Positions 32,808 to 42,758 of a stretch of DNA of 64,000 nucleotides are shown here, one piece after another. The notes under the pieces were generated by a model. That model was not told where the DNA came from and did no database searches. It saw only the letters and a program-made list of their open reading frames with translations. Both the position numbers and the translations under genes were made by a program. Source of the stretch: an uncultured Gemmatimonadaceae bacterium (GTDB taxonomy: Bacteria; Gemmatimonadota; Gemmatimonadetes; Gemmatimonadales; Gemmatimonadaceae); NCBI GenBank assembly GCA_963751275.1, contig CAVVTZ010000007.1:672001-736000 (forward strand). The letters are read 5' to 3'. Within the stretch, counting starts at the first letter, position 1. Each line of letters opens with the position of its first letter.

Positions 32808-34375
32808 GCGGGGCGGAGGCGGTGGCGGGTCATGGCGGCGGCGAGCAGCAACATGCTGACTACAAGATAGCCGATCCGCACGCCATTGGTCGCCGCGCCG
32901 CTCCAGCCGGCGAAGTCGAATCCGGGCGCGCCGCGCGCGCTGTTCGCGAGATAGAGGAAGAGCAGGAACAATCCGGCGAAGGCCTTGCCGCTGCCCGTCA
33001 GGATGCCCAGCGCGATCGCGAGCGACGCCGTGAAGATCGCACCGATGAACAGCGAGACGGCCGACGCGGGCTGCGTGAACGCCAGGCGCGCGAGCGGTAC
33101 GAGCACGAAGGTGACCGCCGTGAGCGACGCGGCGATCCATTTCGCGGCCACGTAGTCCTGCTTCACCTTCGGCATGCTATAGAGAAGCGCCGTCATGCCG
33201 GCCGCGGCGTCGCGCGTCGCGATGTCGGCGATCGCGATGAGGATGCCGAGGAACATGAGCGGCAGCGTCCTGTCGAGCAGCGTTTGTTGCGACGCGGTGA
33301 GCGCCATGATCGACAGCACGAGGAACAGCGCGAGCGCCACGGGCGACAGCATGAACGTGAGCGCGAGCTCGCTGCGCGCGATGCGCGCGAGGCCGGGCTT
33401 CGCACCGGCGCGCGGCTTGAGTACACCGAGCACGATGCGCGTGAGCGGCTTGAGCAGGCGGTTGAGCTGCGCGAACAGGTTCGTCTTCGAATGCTGCACC
33501 TCGGACTTCATCTTCGACGGATCGAAGCGCGCGAAGAACAGCCACGCGACGCCGATCACCGGCAGCGAGAGCAGCGCCGTCACGGCGCGCTCGAACGCCA
33601 CTGTGGCGCTCCACTGGATGCCGGGGAACGTCCACGGCGCCTGCGTCGGATCGAAGGGCGATCCGCCGATCTCGAGCGAGCGGCCCGGCGTGTCGCCGCC
33701 GGCCTGCGTGATGATGAAATTCATGCCGAGCACGTCCACGTAATGATCCCACACAGGCCCGTGCGCGCCCTGCGATGCACTGATCGCAGCCGTGGCGAGC
33801 ATGAAGACCCAGACGAAGAAATAGAGCACGTCGCCCACGCGCCCCGAGAGCGGACGGATGCTCTCGAAGAGCAGCGCGATCGCCGACACGACGAACACCA
33901 TGGGACCGCAGATCGCCAGATAGCTCGCGATGTAGGTGAACGGCTGCAGCGGCCCCTCGGCGCGCATGAGGTGCATGGCCATCACGTTCACCAGGCAGCC
34001 GAGCACCACGAGACCCAGGAAGGCCGCGTTGCCCAGGAACTTGCCGAAGAGATACTCGGCGTTCGTCACCGGCATCGCGGCGATCACGTAGCCGGTGCGC
34101 GTGAGCGCATCGCGGCGAATGGTGTTGCTCACGAGGTAGAAGCCGAGCATCCCCAGCATGATCGAGATGAACCCGCCGGTGGCGAGCGCGATCGTGGCGG
34201 AGGTGAGGAGCGCGCGATGCCCCTGCACCTGCATGAGCGTGCGCCCCGATGCCACCGGCGGCACCACGACGTAGGCGAAGAAACAAAGCAGCAGGAAGAC
34301 CGCGATGGACGAAGGCCGCCGGATGCGGATCATCACGTCGGCCTTCACCACCGCGCGCACCCGGGCGAGCTGCAT
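32804..34375 (-). CDS. ABC-2-type transporter permease
   Basis: ~12 TM, MPVTNAEYLFGKF; coupled to ABC ATPase. Confidence 0.8.
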   Translation of the reverse strand: MQLARVRAVVKADVMIRIRRPSSIAVFLLLCFFAYVVVPPVASGRTLMQVQGHRALLTSATIALATGGFISIMLGMLGFYLVSNTIRRDALTRTGYVIAAMPVTNAEYLFGKFLGNAAFLGLVVLGCLVNVMAMHLMRAEGPLQPFTYIASYLAICGPMVFVVSAIALLFESIRPLSGRVGDVLYFFVWVFMLATAAISASQGAHGPVWDHYVDVLGMNFIITQAGGDTPGRSLEIGGSPFDPTQAPWTFPGIQWSATVAFERAVTALLSLPVIGVAWLFFARFDPSKMKSEVQHSKTNLFAQLNRLLKPLTRIVLGVLKPRAGAKPGLARIARSELALTFMLSPVALALFLVLSIMALTASQQTLLDRTLPLMFLGILIAIADIATRDAAAGMTALLYSMPKVKQDYVAAKWIAASLTAVTFVLVPLARLAFTQPASAVSLFIGAIFTASLAIALGILTGSGKAFAGLFLLFLYLANSARGAPGFDFAGWSGAATNGVRIGYLVVSMLLLAAAMTRHRLRPA

Positions 34376-35254
34376 CAGGCGGCCGCGGCGGGTTCGGGGT
34401 TCATCGCGAAGAGGAACGCATCCTCGAGATCCGGCTCCGCGGGCTGCGCGTCGGGCCAGGGGCGCGCGCGCTGCACGACGCGCACGTGCACGCCGTCGGG
34501 TTTCCGCACGGCGTGCGACACGCGGAACTTCGCGCGCTCGGTGGCGAAACGCTCGGAACTCAGCACCGCCTGCCAGACGCTGCCGGCGGCGCTCTGCAGC
34601 ATCGTCTCCGGCGTCGCGTGGCTCACGAGCTTGCCTTGCTTCATGACGGCGATGCTCGTGGCGATCGACTCGATGTCGGTGACGATGTGCGTCGAGAGGA
34701 TCACGAGTTTCCCGAAGCCGATGTCCGAGAGGATGTTCCGGAAGCGCACGCGCTCCTCGGGATCGAGGCCGGCGGTGGGTTCATCGACGATCACGACGTC
34801 GGGATCGTTCACGAGCGCCTGCGCGATGCCGAGGCGCTGCTTCATGCCGCCGGAGAAGGCGCCGGCACTGCGGTTGGCCACGGTGTGGAGGTTCACGAGC
34901 TCGAGCAGTTCCATCACGCGCGTCTTGCTCGTGACGCCCTTGAGCGAGGCGAAGTAGGTGAGGAATTCGAGCGCGGTGAGGTTGTCGTAGACGCCGAAGT
35001 CCTGCGGGAGGTAGCCGAGCTTCACGCGCAGCGCGTCGGGGTCCTTGGCGAGATCGGTGCCGTTCCAGGTGATGCGACCGGAGGTGGGACTGCGTGATGG
35101 TCGCGATCATCTGCATGAGGGTGGTCTTCCCGGCGCCATTGGGGCCGAGGAGGCCGAGGACGCCACTCTCGAGCGAGAGCGAGAGATCGTCGACGGCCGT
35201 GACGCCGCCACGGAATTTCTTGGTGACGCCTTCAATAGCGAGCATTGGTTCCAT
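34375..35254 (-). CDS. ABC transporter ATP-binding protein (frameshift near 35090)
   Basis: GPNGAGKTT, GYLPQ, FSGGMKQR, IVDEPTAGLDP, STH. Confidence 0.92.
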
Positions 35255-35316
35255 GCGAATGGGATGCCATCGGAACGGAATGAGATCGCGATTGTTTCAG
35301 CTGGACTGCGAGAGTA

Positions 35317-35478
35317 GCACCCCGAACGCCGTCATTGGTCACCCGAACTCCGTACTTGGCAATTGAGGCGTGGTACCAACTACCGGCGGGTTATAGGATG
35401 CCAAGTACGCACCAGCCGGTACCACGCCTCAATTGCCAAGTACGGAGTTCGGGGGACCAAATACGGATGTCGGGGTGC
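35317..35478. repeat. Long intergenic inverted repeat (~160 bp)
   Basis: Perfect 36-bp arms 35342-35377/35418-35453 with imperfect outer extension; contains the 21-bp-period motif seen at 14619. Confidence 0.9.
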
Positions 35479-35533
35479 GACCCACGCCTTCAGGTGCCGG
35501 GCTGGCGGAACACCACCAGCCGATGTCTGCGTG

Positions 35534-36049
35534 CTACTTGGCGGCGCTGGGGATCAGCACCGCGTCGATCACGTGGATCACGCCGTTGGAGGCTGGCATG
35601 TCGGCGATCGTCACCTGTGCATTGTTCACGAAGACCTTGCCGTCCTTGAGCACGATTTCGAGCGTTTGGCCGTTGACCGTGGCGGGCTTCGCGCCGCCCA
35701 TCTGCACGATCTGCGCCGAGGTCACCTTGCCGGCGAGCACGTGGTAGGTGAGGATCGCCGAGAGCGCCTGCTTGTTGGCGAGCAGCGACTCGAGCGTTCC
35801 GGCGGGGAGCTTCGCGAACGCCGCGTCGGTCGGCGCGAAGACCGTGAACGGGCCGGGGGCGGAGAGCGTCTCCACGAGTCCGGCCGCCTGCACGGCGGTC
35901 ACGAGCGTCTTGAAGTTGCCGTTCGCGACGAGGACCTGCACGATGTTGCCGGGCTGCTTTGCGTTGGACATTTGCGCGGTGCTCACGGAGGGGAGTGAGA
36001 GGATGAGGGCCAGCGTGGTGGCGGCGGCCCACTTCGAATGCGTCGTCAT
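35534..36049 (-). CDS. Secreted fasciclin (FAS1) domain protein
   Basis: Signal peptide, GPFTVFAPTDAAF, ILTYHV, ASNGVIHVIDAVLIP. Confidence 0.95.
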   Translation of the reverse strand: MTTHSKWAAATTLALILSLPSVSTAQMSNAKQPGNIVQVLVANGNFKTLVTAVQAAGLVETLSAPGPFTVFAPTDAAFAKLPAGTLESLLANKQALSAILTYHVLAGKVTSAQIVQMGGAKPATVNGQTLEIVLKDGKVFVNNAQVTIADMPASNGVIHVIDAVLIPSAAK

Positions 36050-36101
36050 GATTCGGTGCTCCTGGATTGGAAAGAGTGAGTTGGTGCTTCGCGGGCGGAG
36101 G

Positions 36102-36320
36102 CTACGCGCGCGCGCTTTCGTGCCAGCGGTGCTGGATCGCCTTCCACTGCAGGGCCTGGTAGATCGCGGCGACGCCGACCAGCGCGTAGACGATGCGGCT
36201 CAGCGTGGACATGTTGCCGAAGATCGCGGCGACGAGGTCGAAGTTGAGCACGCCGACCAGGCCCCAGTTGAGGCCGCCGACGACGAGGAGCACGGCGGCG
36301 ACTACGTCGAGGTTCTTCAC
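36102..36320 (-). CDS. DUF378-family small membrane protein
   Basis: LLVVGGLNWGLVG..FDLVAAIFG..SRIVYALVGVAA. Confidence 0.9.
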   Translation of the reverse strand: MKNLDVVAAVLLVVGGLNWGLVGVLNFDLVAAIFGNMSTLSRIVYALVGVAAIYQALQWKAIQHRWHESARA

Positions 36321-36379
36321 GTTGAGAGTCTCCTTTGACGGTTTGGTTGCGACACGCGGTCGCCGGTTCCGGCGGGCGT

Positions 36380-36465
36380 TGTCCAGTTGACGTCCAGGTA
36401 TTGTAGATGGATGGGCGGATATTGTCAATGGATTGTCTAAGTATATGATTGACAATAGCTGGACA
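36380..36465. promoter_or_regulatory. Candidate CarH/LitR operator array: 11-bp-spaced TnnACA repeats
   Basis: Minus-strand boxes at 36380, 36391, 36402 and 36423, 36434; plus-strand TTGACA 36449, TGGACA 36460. Confidence 0.65.
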
Positions 36466-36484
36466 GAGGTGAATCATTCCGACG

Positions 36485-37430
36485 ATGAAGGCAAAGCCGC
36501 CCGAAGCCGACCAGCGACACCCGATCGCCGTCGCCGCCGAACGCACGCAGCTCTCGCAGGATGTCCTGCGCGTGTGGGAGCGCCGCTACCGCGCGGTGGA
36601 GCCGGCGCGCGGCCCCGGCGGGCAGCGCCTCTACTCCGACGCCGACATCGCCCGCCTCCGCTTGTTGCACGCGGTGACGAGCGCCGGCCGGAACATCAGC
36701 CGGGTCGCCGGCCTCACGACGCCGGCGCTCGTGAAGCTCAGCGAAGAGGACGCGCGCGCGCGCGTCGAGCGATCCGCCGGCGCGCCGCCGGCCGAGGATC
36801 TCATCGCGCCGGCGATGGAGCTCACCCGCGCGCTCGATGGCGCTGGGCTCGAGAGCGAATTGCGCCGCGCCGCCTGGGTCCATGGCTCCACGGTCTTCCT
36901 CGATGCCATCGCCACGCCGCTCCTCCGCCGCATCGGCGACGAGTGGCACGCCGGCCGCCTGACGTTCGCGCAGGAACATCTCCGTGTCGGCGACGCTGCC
37001 TTCCGTCGTCGCGGACGTCGCGCGCTCCGTGGGGCGCGGCGCGGACGGCCCGCTCCTCGTCATGGCGACTCCGCTGGGCGAGCGCCACGCGCTCGGCGCG
37101 CTCATCGCCTCAGCCGCGGCCGCTGCCGAAGGGTGGCGCGTCACGTTTCTCGGGCCCGATCTCCCCGCGGCGGACGTCGCGCACGCGGCGGCGACGACTG
37201 GCGCTCGGGCGGTGGGCTTGAGCGTGATCTATGTGATGGACCGCGCACGCACGATCGCGGAGATCAGCGCGCTGCGGCGGGAGCTTCCGGCGGATGTGCC
37301 GCTGCTCGCCGGGGGCGCCGGGTCCGTGTTACTCACGCGCGAGCTGACGGCCGCCGGCGCGCGGGTGCTCGCCGGCCTCGGCGACTTGCGATCGACGCTT
37401 CGGGGTCTCAAGCGCGCCGCCGACGGCTGA
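36485..37430 (+). CDS. CarH/LitR-type MerR regulator with cobalamin-binding domain (frameshift near 36985)
   Basis: LRVWERRY, QRLYS; W-x9-EH (WHAGRLTFAQEH); ERHALG and VGLSV B12 motifs. Confidence 0.88.
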
Positions 37431-37461
37431 GCGGCCGGTCAGAGCCCCAGCCGTCGCCGCT

Positions 37462-38061
37462 TCACTTGGGCTTCGTCGTCTTCCGCGGGGGGAACCCCGG
37501 GATCCACTCGCCGGCGGCGGAATGCGCGATGAGGCCTTCGAGCCGCCGCTCGCGCGTGTCGGGGCGTTTCGCGCTCATCACGCGGAATGCCATGAGCCGC
37601 CGGTACCACGGCGGCTGTGCCTGGAAATACTTCCAAGCGGCGCGGTTGGCCTTGAAGCGTTTGAGGAATGCCGGCGACAGTTCGAGCGCGGCGCGCTCGA
37701 AGGCGTAGATGCCGGTCCGGTCGTCGGTGCGTTTCGCATACGCGGCGTGTCCCGGAGGCGCGACGCGGCCGGCGGCGATGAGCGACTCGATCTTCTCGAC
37801 GTTCACCCGGCTCCAGATGCTGCGCGGTTTCCGCGGCGTGAAGCGCTGGGTGAAGCTGATCTCGTCGTGGCTGCGCTTCACGCCGTCGATCCAGCCGAAG
37901 CAGAGCGCCTCATCGACCGCCTCGACGTACGTGAGCCCGCGATGCGAGTGCGCGGTCTTGTAGAGGCGGATGATCAGTTCGCCGTGCGACGCGTGATGCC
38001 GCTCGAGCCACGCGCGGAAGTCCTTCGCGCTGCGGAACGCGCGCGGCGCGGGCGAGGGCAT
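37462..38061 (-). CDS. YdeI/OmpD-associated family protein
   Basis: FRAWLERHH, AVDEALCFGWIDG, RFTPRKPRSIWSRVN, SAKRPDTRERR. Confidence 0.9.
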   Translation of the reverse strand: MPSPAPRAFRSAKDFRAWLERHHASHGELIIRLYKTAHSHRGLTYVEAVDEALCFGWIDGVKRSHDEISFTQRFTPRKPRSIWSRVNVEKIESLIAAGRVAPPGHAAYAKRTDDRTGIYAFERAALELSPAFLKRFKANRAAWKYFQAQPPWYRRLMAFRVMSAKRPDTRERRLEGLIAHSAAGEWIPGFPPRKTTKPK

Positions 38062-38064
38062 CGC

Positions 38065-38646
38065 CTAGTGCGCGTGCTGGAGCGCCGAGTCGGCCACGCT
38101 GTCCGAGTCGGCCGCGTTGGGCGCGCCGCACTCGAAGGTGGCGAAGATCTCCTCGAAGCCCGGGCTCGCGAGCGCCTTCTCGTTATCGGCGGTCTGCGCG
38201 GTGAGGAAGCAGACCCCCGCCGGACCGGTCATGCGGCCGTACGTGCGCGTGTGCGGCACGTCGACGTTGAGCAGCGTGAGCGTGAAGTGCTCGACGAGGA
38301 CATCGAAGCCGTCGATGTGCTGGACATTGCCGAAGGACGACGCACCCATCTTCCCGATGGGCGTCGCGCCGCGCGTCAGTGCCCCGAACGAGTCCGCATA
38401 TGCGCGGAGATTCAGCGCGCGCTCCGGCGATTTCACGTCGACGATCACGAGGGCCGCGCGCGTCGAGTTGATGATCAGCGAGTGCGTGGTCCGCCCGTGC
38501 ACCCGTGGGTGCGCGGTCCAGCCGTCGGGATAATCGAAGGCGATCCCGCCTTCGCGATAGTGCTGCGACGGAGCGGGCTTGTCATCCGAGGACGAGCACG
38601 CGGCGGCCAGCGCGAGCGCGGCCGCGCAGCAGGCGGGGCGAAGCAT
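38065..38646 (-). CDS. Hypothetical lipoprotein
   Basis: LALAAAC lipobox; GIAFDYPDGW PsbP-like start. Confidence 0.6.
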   Translation of the reverse strand: MLRPACCAAALALAAACSSSDDKPAPSQHYREGGIAFDYPDGWTAHPRVHGRTTHSLIINSTRAALVIVDVKSPERALNLRAYADSFGALTRGATPIGKMGASSFGNVQHIDGFDVLVEHFTLTLLNVDVPHTRTYGRMTGPAGVCFLTAQTADNEKALASPGFEEIFATFECGAPNAADSDSVADSALQHAH

Positions 38647-38699
38647 GCATGACGGTGCGGCGCGGGCGCGGGGGGCGCAAGCGGGCCCCCCGGCCGCGG

Positions 38700-40034
38700 T
38701 CAAAAGCGCAGCATCAGATCGAGCGACGCGGTCGTCTGGTCGGCCTTGGTGCCGTTGTCGTACGGCGTGAGCGACGACGAGAACGCCTTATCATAGCGCA
38801 CCTCGCCGCGCACGAAAGCGAGCGACCAAAGCCAATGCTCCCAGCCGGCGGTGACGGTGCCGTACGGGGTCGCGAAGCCCGTGCGCTGGCCCTGCACGTC
38901 GTTCAGATAGTCGAGGCGCATGGTGAGATAGTCCTTGGGCGAGACGAGCACCTGGAAGTAGTTCGCCGCCGCGACCGCCTCCGAGCGCCCCGGGATGATC
39001 GGGCCGCATCCGCCGCCGCCGCCGTAATCCTCGACGGGGCCGTCGTTGCATGAGCCGCCCTTGGCCGCGTCGAACTGCCACAGATAGTAGACCTCGGTCT
39101 GCATGTGGAGCTTGGCGTTGAACTTGTGCCCCCACGTCGCGACGATCTGCTGCAAGTTGTCATGCCCGTTCTTGAACTCACCGTTGCCGATGGCGTTCAC
39201 GCCGCCCCAGAGCCCGTCGTTCCCGCTGAGCGACACCCAGCGCACCATCGCCTGGCCGTTCAGCTGCGCCGAGTTCTGCCATGGCGCCATGTCGCTCCCG
39301 GCGTCGATGCCCAAAGTGAGCGCCCACTGCTGATTCAGACGCACGATCGCTTCCGCCCCGGTGAACGTGACGGGGTCCACCGTGATCGTGAGCGGATGCG
39401 TCAGGAGATAGTTGTCGGGGGCGAAGGGATCGTCAATGTCCGCCGGCGACGTGAAGCGGCCGACTTTGAATTCCGTGCCCTGCGCGATGTGCGGCAGATA
39501 GAGCAGCACGTAGAGCTCGGTGGGGTCGTAGCCGTAGAGGTTGTTCTTGCCGAGCAGCTGGTCGCTGAACCAGCCCTTGGCGGTCGTGTAGCGGTAGTCG
39601 ATGCCGTACAGGCTCGTGAAGCGGAAACCCCAGTCGGCGTGATCGGTCTGCGCGGTGTTCGGCGCACGGTCGATGCGCAGGACCAGCTGGTCGAGCTCGA
39701 ACGCGTTGGGGACGATCGTGGGCGAGAGCGGCGCGTTCGAATTCTTGGAGGAGCTCACGTTCCCCGTAAGGTCCACCCAGCCGTAGATCTTGATGCGGCT
39801 GGCCGCGAGCGAATTGCCGAACACCGCCTTCTGCAGCGGATAGTCCGGCGTGGCATCGGGCTCACCGATGACCGGGCCGCCGAGCCAGTCGGAGCTCGGG
39901 AAGGGCGGGGAATCGAGCGGCGACGCGAGCGCGCGGCTCGCGGGGGCCGAATCCGCGCTCTGGGCGGAGAGCGAGGGCGTGAGCAGGAATGCGGCGAGGG
40001 AGAGCGACGCCGCGATGCGGATGGAGTTCTTCAT
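38700..40034 (-). CDS. Outer-membrane beta-barrel porin (BBP2/DUF1597-like) downstream of kdpC
   Basis: Signal peptide, alternating beta strands, C-terminal Phe (LDLMLRF). Confidence 0.75.
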   Translation of the reverse strand: MKNSIRIAASLSLAAFLLTPSLSAQSADSAPASRALASPLDSPPFPSSDWLGGPVIGEPDATPDYPLQKAVFGNSLAASRIKIYGWVDLTGNVSSSKNSNAPLSPTIVPNAFELDQLVLRIDRAPNTAQTDHADWGFRFTSLYGIDYRYTTAKGWFSDQLLGKNNLYGYDPTELYVLLYLPHIAQGTEFKVGRFTSPADIDDPFAPDNYLLTHPLTITVDPVTFTGAEAIVRLNQQWALTLGIDAGSDMAPWQNSAQLNGQAMVRWVSLSGNDGLWGGVNAIGNGEFKNGHDNLQQIVATWGHKFNAKLHMQTEVYYLWQFDAAKGGSCNDGPVEDYGGGGGCGPIIPGRSEAVAAANYFQVLVSPKDYLTMRLDYLNDVQGQRTGFATPYGTVTAGWEHWLWSLAFVRGEVRYDKAFSSSLTPYDNGTKADQTTASLDLMLRF

Positions 40035-40065
40035 GGGTGAGCGCCGCGTGGCGCGGCGCCTCGGG

Positions 40066-40668
40066 TCAGTGAGTGGGTGCGGCGGCGGGCCGCGGGAAAA
40101 CGGAGTCGACGGCAATGTTGAGCATCAATACGTTCACGCGCGGTTCGCCGAAGAAGCCGAACTGACGCCCCTCGACGTGCGATTCCACGAGCGCGCGCAT
40201 CGCGCTCTCGCTCACGCCGCGCGCCTTCGCGACGCGCGCGACCTGCAGGAACGCGTTCGCCGGCGAGATGTGCGGGTCGAGGCCGGATCCGGACGATGTT
40301 ACCATGTCGGACGGGATCTTCCCCTTCACGGCGCCGTCGTTCTTCACGGCGCTGTCCACCGCGCTCGCGATCAGCGTGTCGGCGAGCTTCGCGCTGGTTG
40401 GTCCGAGGTTGGTGCCGCTGGAGAGCGTGTCGTCGTAGCCGTTGCCGGCCGCGGACGGCCGCGGATGGAAATAGTACGGCTGCGTGAACGGCTGACCGAT
40501 GATCGCGCTGCCCACCACCTTGCCGTGCACGGTCACGAGCGATCCGTTGGCCTGGCGGGGGAAGAGCAGCTGGGCGAAAGCGGTCACGAGGCCGGGATAG
40601 AGGAGCCCGGTGATCACGCAGAGCACGAGCGTCAACATCATCGCGGGGCGGAGTTGGTTGCGCAGCAT
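40066..40668 (-). CDS. kdpC: K+-transporting ATPase subunit C
   Basis: TGLLYP, QANGSL, YFHPRPSA, SGSGLDPHIS, GEPRVNVL. Confidence 0.96.
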   Translation of the reverse strand: MLRNQLRPAMMLTLVLCVITGLLYPGLVTAFAQLLFPRQANGSLVTVHGKVVGSAIIGQPFTQPYYFHPRPSAAGNGYDDTLSSGTNLGPTSAKLADTLIASAVDSAVKNDGAVKGKIPSDMVTSSGSGLDPHISPANAFLQVARVAKARGVSESAMRALVESHVEGRQFGFFGEPRVNVLMLNIAVDSVFPRPAAAPTH

Positions 40669-40678
40669 GGTCAAAGGC

Positions 40679-42757
40679 CTAAGCGACGAGGTGGACGGCC
40701 ACGAGCAGCATGTCGATGAGCTTGATGCCGGCGAAGGGGATCAGGATCCCGCCCACGCCGTAGAGCAGCAGGTTCCGGCGCAGGATCACGCCGGCCGGCG
40801 CGGGACGGTACTTCACGCCGCGCAGCGCCAGCGGAATCAGCGCCACGATGATGAGCGCGTTGAAGATCACGCTCGCGAGAATGGCCGACTCCGGCGAGTG
40901 CAGCCGCATCACGTTGAGCGCGGCGAGCGCCGGATACGTCACCACGAACATCGCCGGGATGATCGCGAAGTACTTCGCCACGTCGTTCGCGATCGAGAAC
41001 GTCGTGAGCGCGCCGCGCGTCATGAGCAGCTGCTTCCCGATCTCGACGACCTCGATGAGCTTGGTCGGATTCGAATCGAGATCGATCATGTTGCCCGCTT
41101 CCTTCGCCGCCTGCGTGCCGCTGTTCATCGCGACGCCCACGTCGGCCTGCGCCAGCGCCGGCGCGTCGTTGGTGCCGTCGCCGGTCATCGCGACGAGCTT
41201 GCCGCCCGCCTGCTCGCGCCGGATCAGCGTCATCTTGTCCTCCGGCGTCGCCTCGGCGAGGAAATCATCGACGCCGGCCTCCTGCGCGATCGCGGCGGCG
41301 GTGAGCGGGTTGTCGCCCGTGATCATCACGGTGCGGATCCCCATCGCGCGCAGCCGGTCGAAGCGCTCGCGGATGCCGCCCTTCACGACGTCCTTGAGAT
41401 AGATCACGCCGAGCACCTGCGCCGCGGCCGTCTCCTGTTCGGCGACGACGAGCGGCGTGCCGCCCTCGCGCGCGATCCGGTCGACGATCACCTTGAGATC
41501 GGCCGGCACCGAGCCGCCGTTCTCCTGCACCCAGCGCACCACGGCGTCGCCGGCGCCCTTGCGCACGTGCAACCGGCCCTGGTTCACGCCGCTCATCCGC
41601 GTCGTGGCGGAGAAGGGGACGAACTCCGCGTCCTGCGGCGCCGTGTCGTGGCCCACCGCGCGGCCGCGGAGATTGAACCGTTCCTTGGCGAGCACGACGA
41701 TGCTGCGCCCCTCCGGCGTCTCGTCGGGCAGCGACGCGAGCTGCGCGCGGTCGGCGAGCCGCTCGAGCGCGACGCCGGGCACCGGGATGAACTCCACCGC
41801 CTGCCGGTTGCCGAGCGTGATCGTGCCGGTCTTGTCGAGCAGCAGCGTGTTCACGTCGCCGGCGGCCTCGACCGAGCGGCCGCTCATCGCGATCACGTTC
41901 TGCTGGATCATCCGGTCCATGCCGGCGATGCCGATCGCGGAGAGGAGACCGCCGATCGTGGTCGGGATGAGACAGACGAGCAGCGCGATGAGCACGGGCA
42001 CGGTGACCGTCGCGCCGCTGTAGACGGCGAACGGCTCGCAGCGTCGCCACGGCGAAGAGGAAGATGATCGTCAGTCCCGAGAGCAGGATCGTGAGCGCGA
42101 TCTCGTTCGGCGTCTTCTGGCGCGATGGCGCCCTCGACGAGCGCGATCATGCGGTCGAGGAAGGTCTCGCCGGGGTTCGCGGTGATGCGAATGACGAGAT
42201 GATCGGAGAGCACCTTCGTGCCGCCGGTGACCGCCGAGCGGTCGCCGCCGGACTCGCGGATCACCGGCGCGACTCTCGCCGGTGATCGCCGACTCGTCCA
42301 CGGACGCGACGCCCTCGATGCACCTCGCCGTCGCCGGGGATCACATCGCCCGGCAGGCAGAGCACGAACATCGCCGGCGCGCAGCTGCGACGCGGGCGAT
42401 CTCCGTCACCGCGTTCCGCTTGGCCGGATCGGCGAGCACGCGCGCCATCGTCTGCGTGCGCGTGGCGCGCAGCGTGTCGGCCTGCGCCTTGCCGCGCCCT
42501 TCGGCCATCGCTTCCGCGAAGTTCGCGAAGAGCACGGTGAACCAGAGCCAGAGCGCGATCTGCAGCGTGAAGCCCCAGCCGGCGTGGCCCGCCGCGACGT
42601 CGCGCACGAAGACGAGCGTCGTGAGCAGGCTGCCGACGAGCACGACGAACATCACCGGGTTCCGCACCATGTGGCGCGGGTCGAGCTTCCGGAAGGAATC
42701 GGCGATCGCGCGGCGCACGATCGGGCCGTCGAAGAGGGGACGCTTGGTGGCGGTCAT
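40679..42757 (-). CDS. kdpB: K+-transporting ATPase subunit B (frameshifts 42040-42400)
   Basis: [50 protein letters not shown]. Confidence 0.95.
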
Positions 42758-42758
42758 G

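Noticed and set aside
38660..38700. GC-rich stem after the porin gene as intrinsic terminator
   Set aside because: Short stem without a U-tract; not enough support
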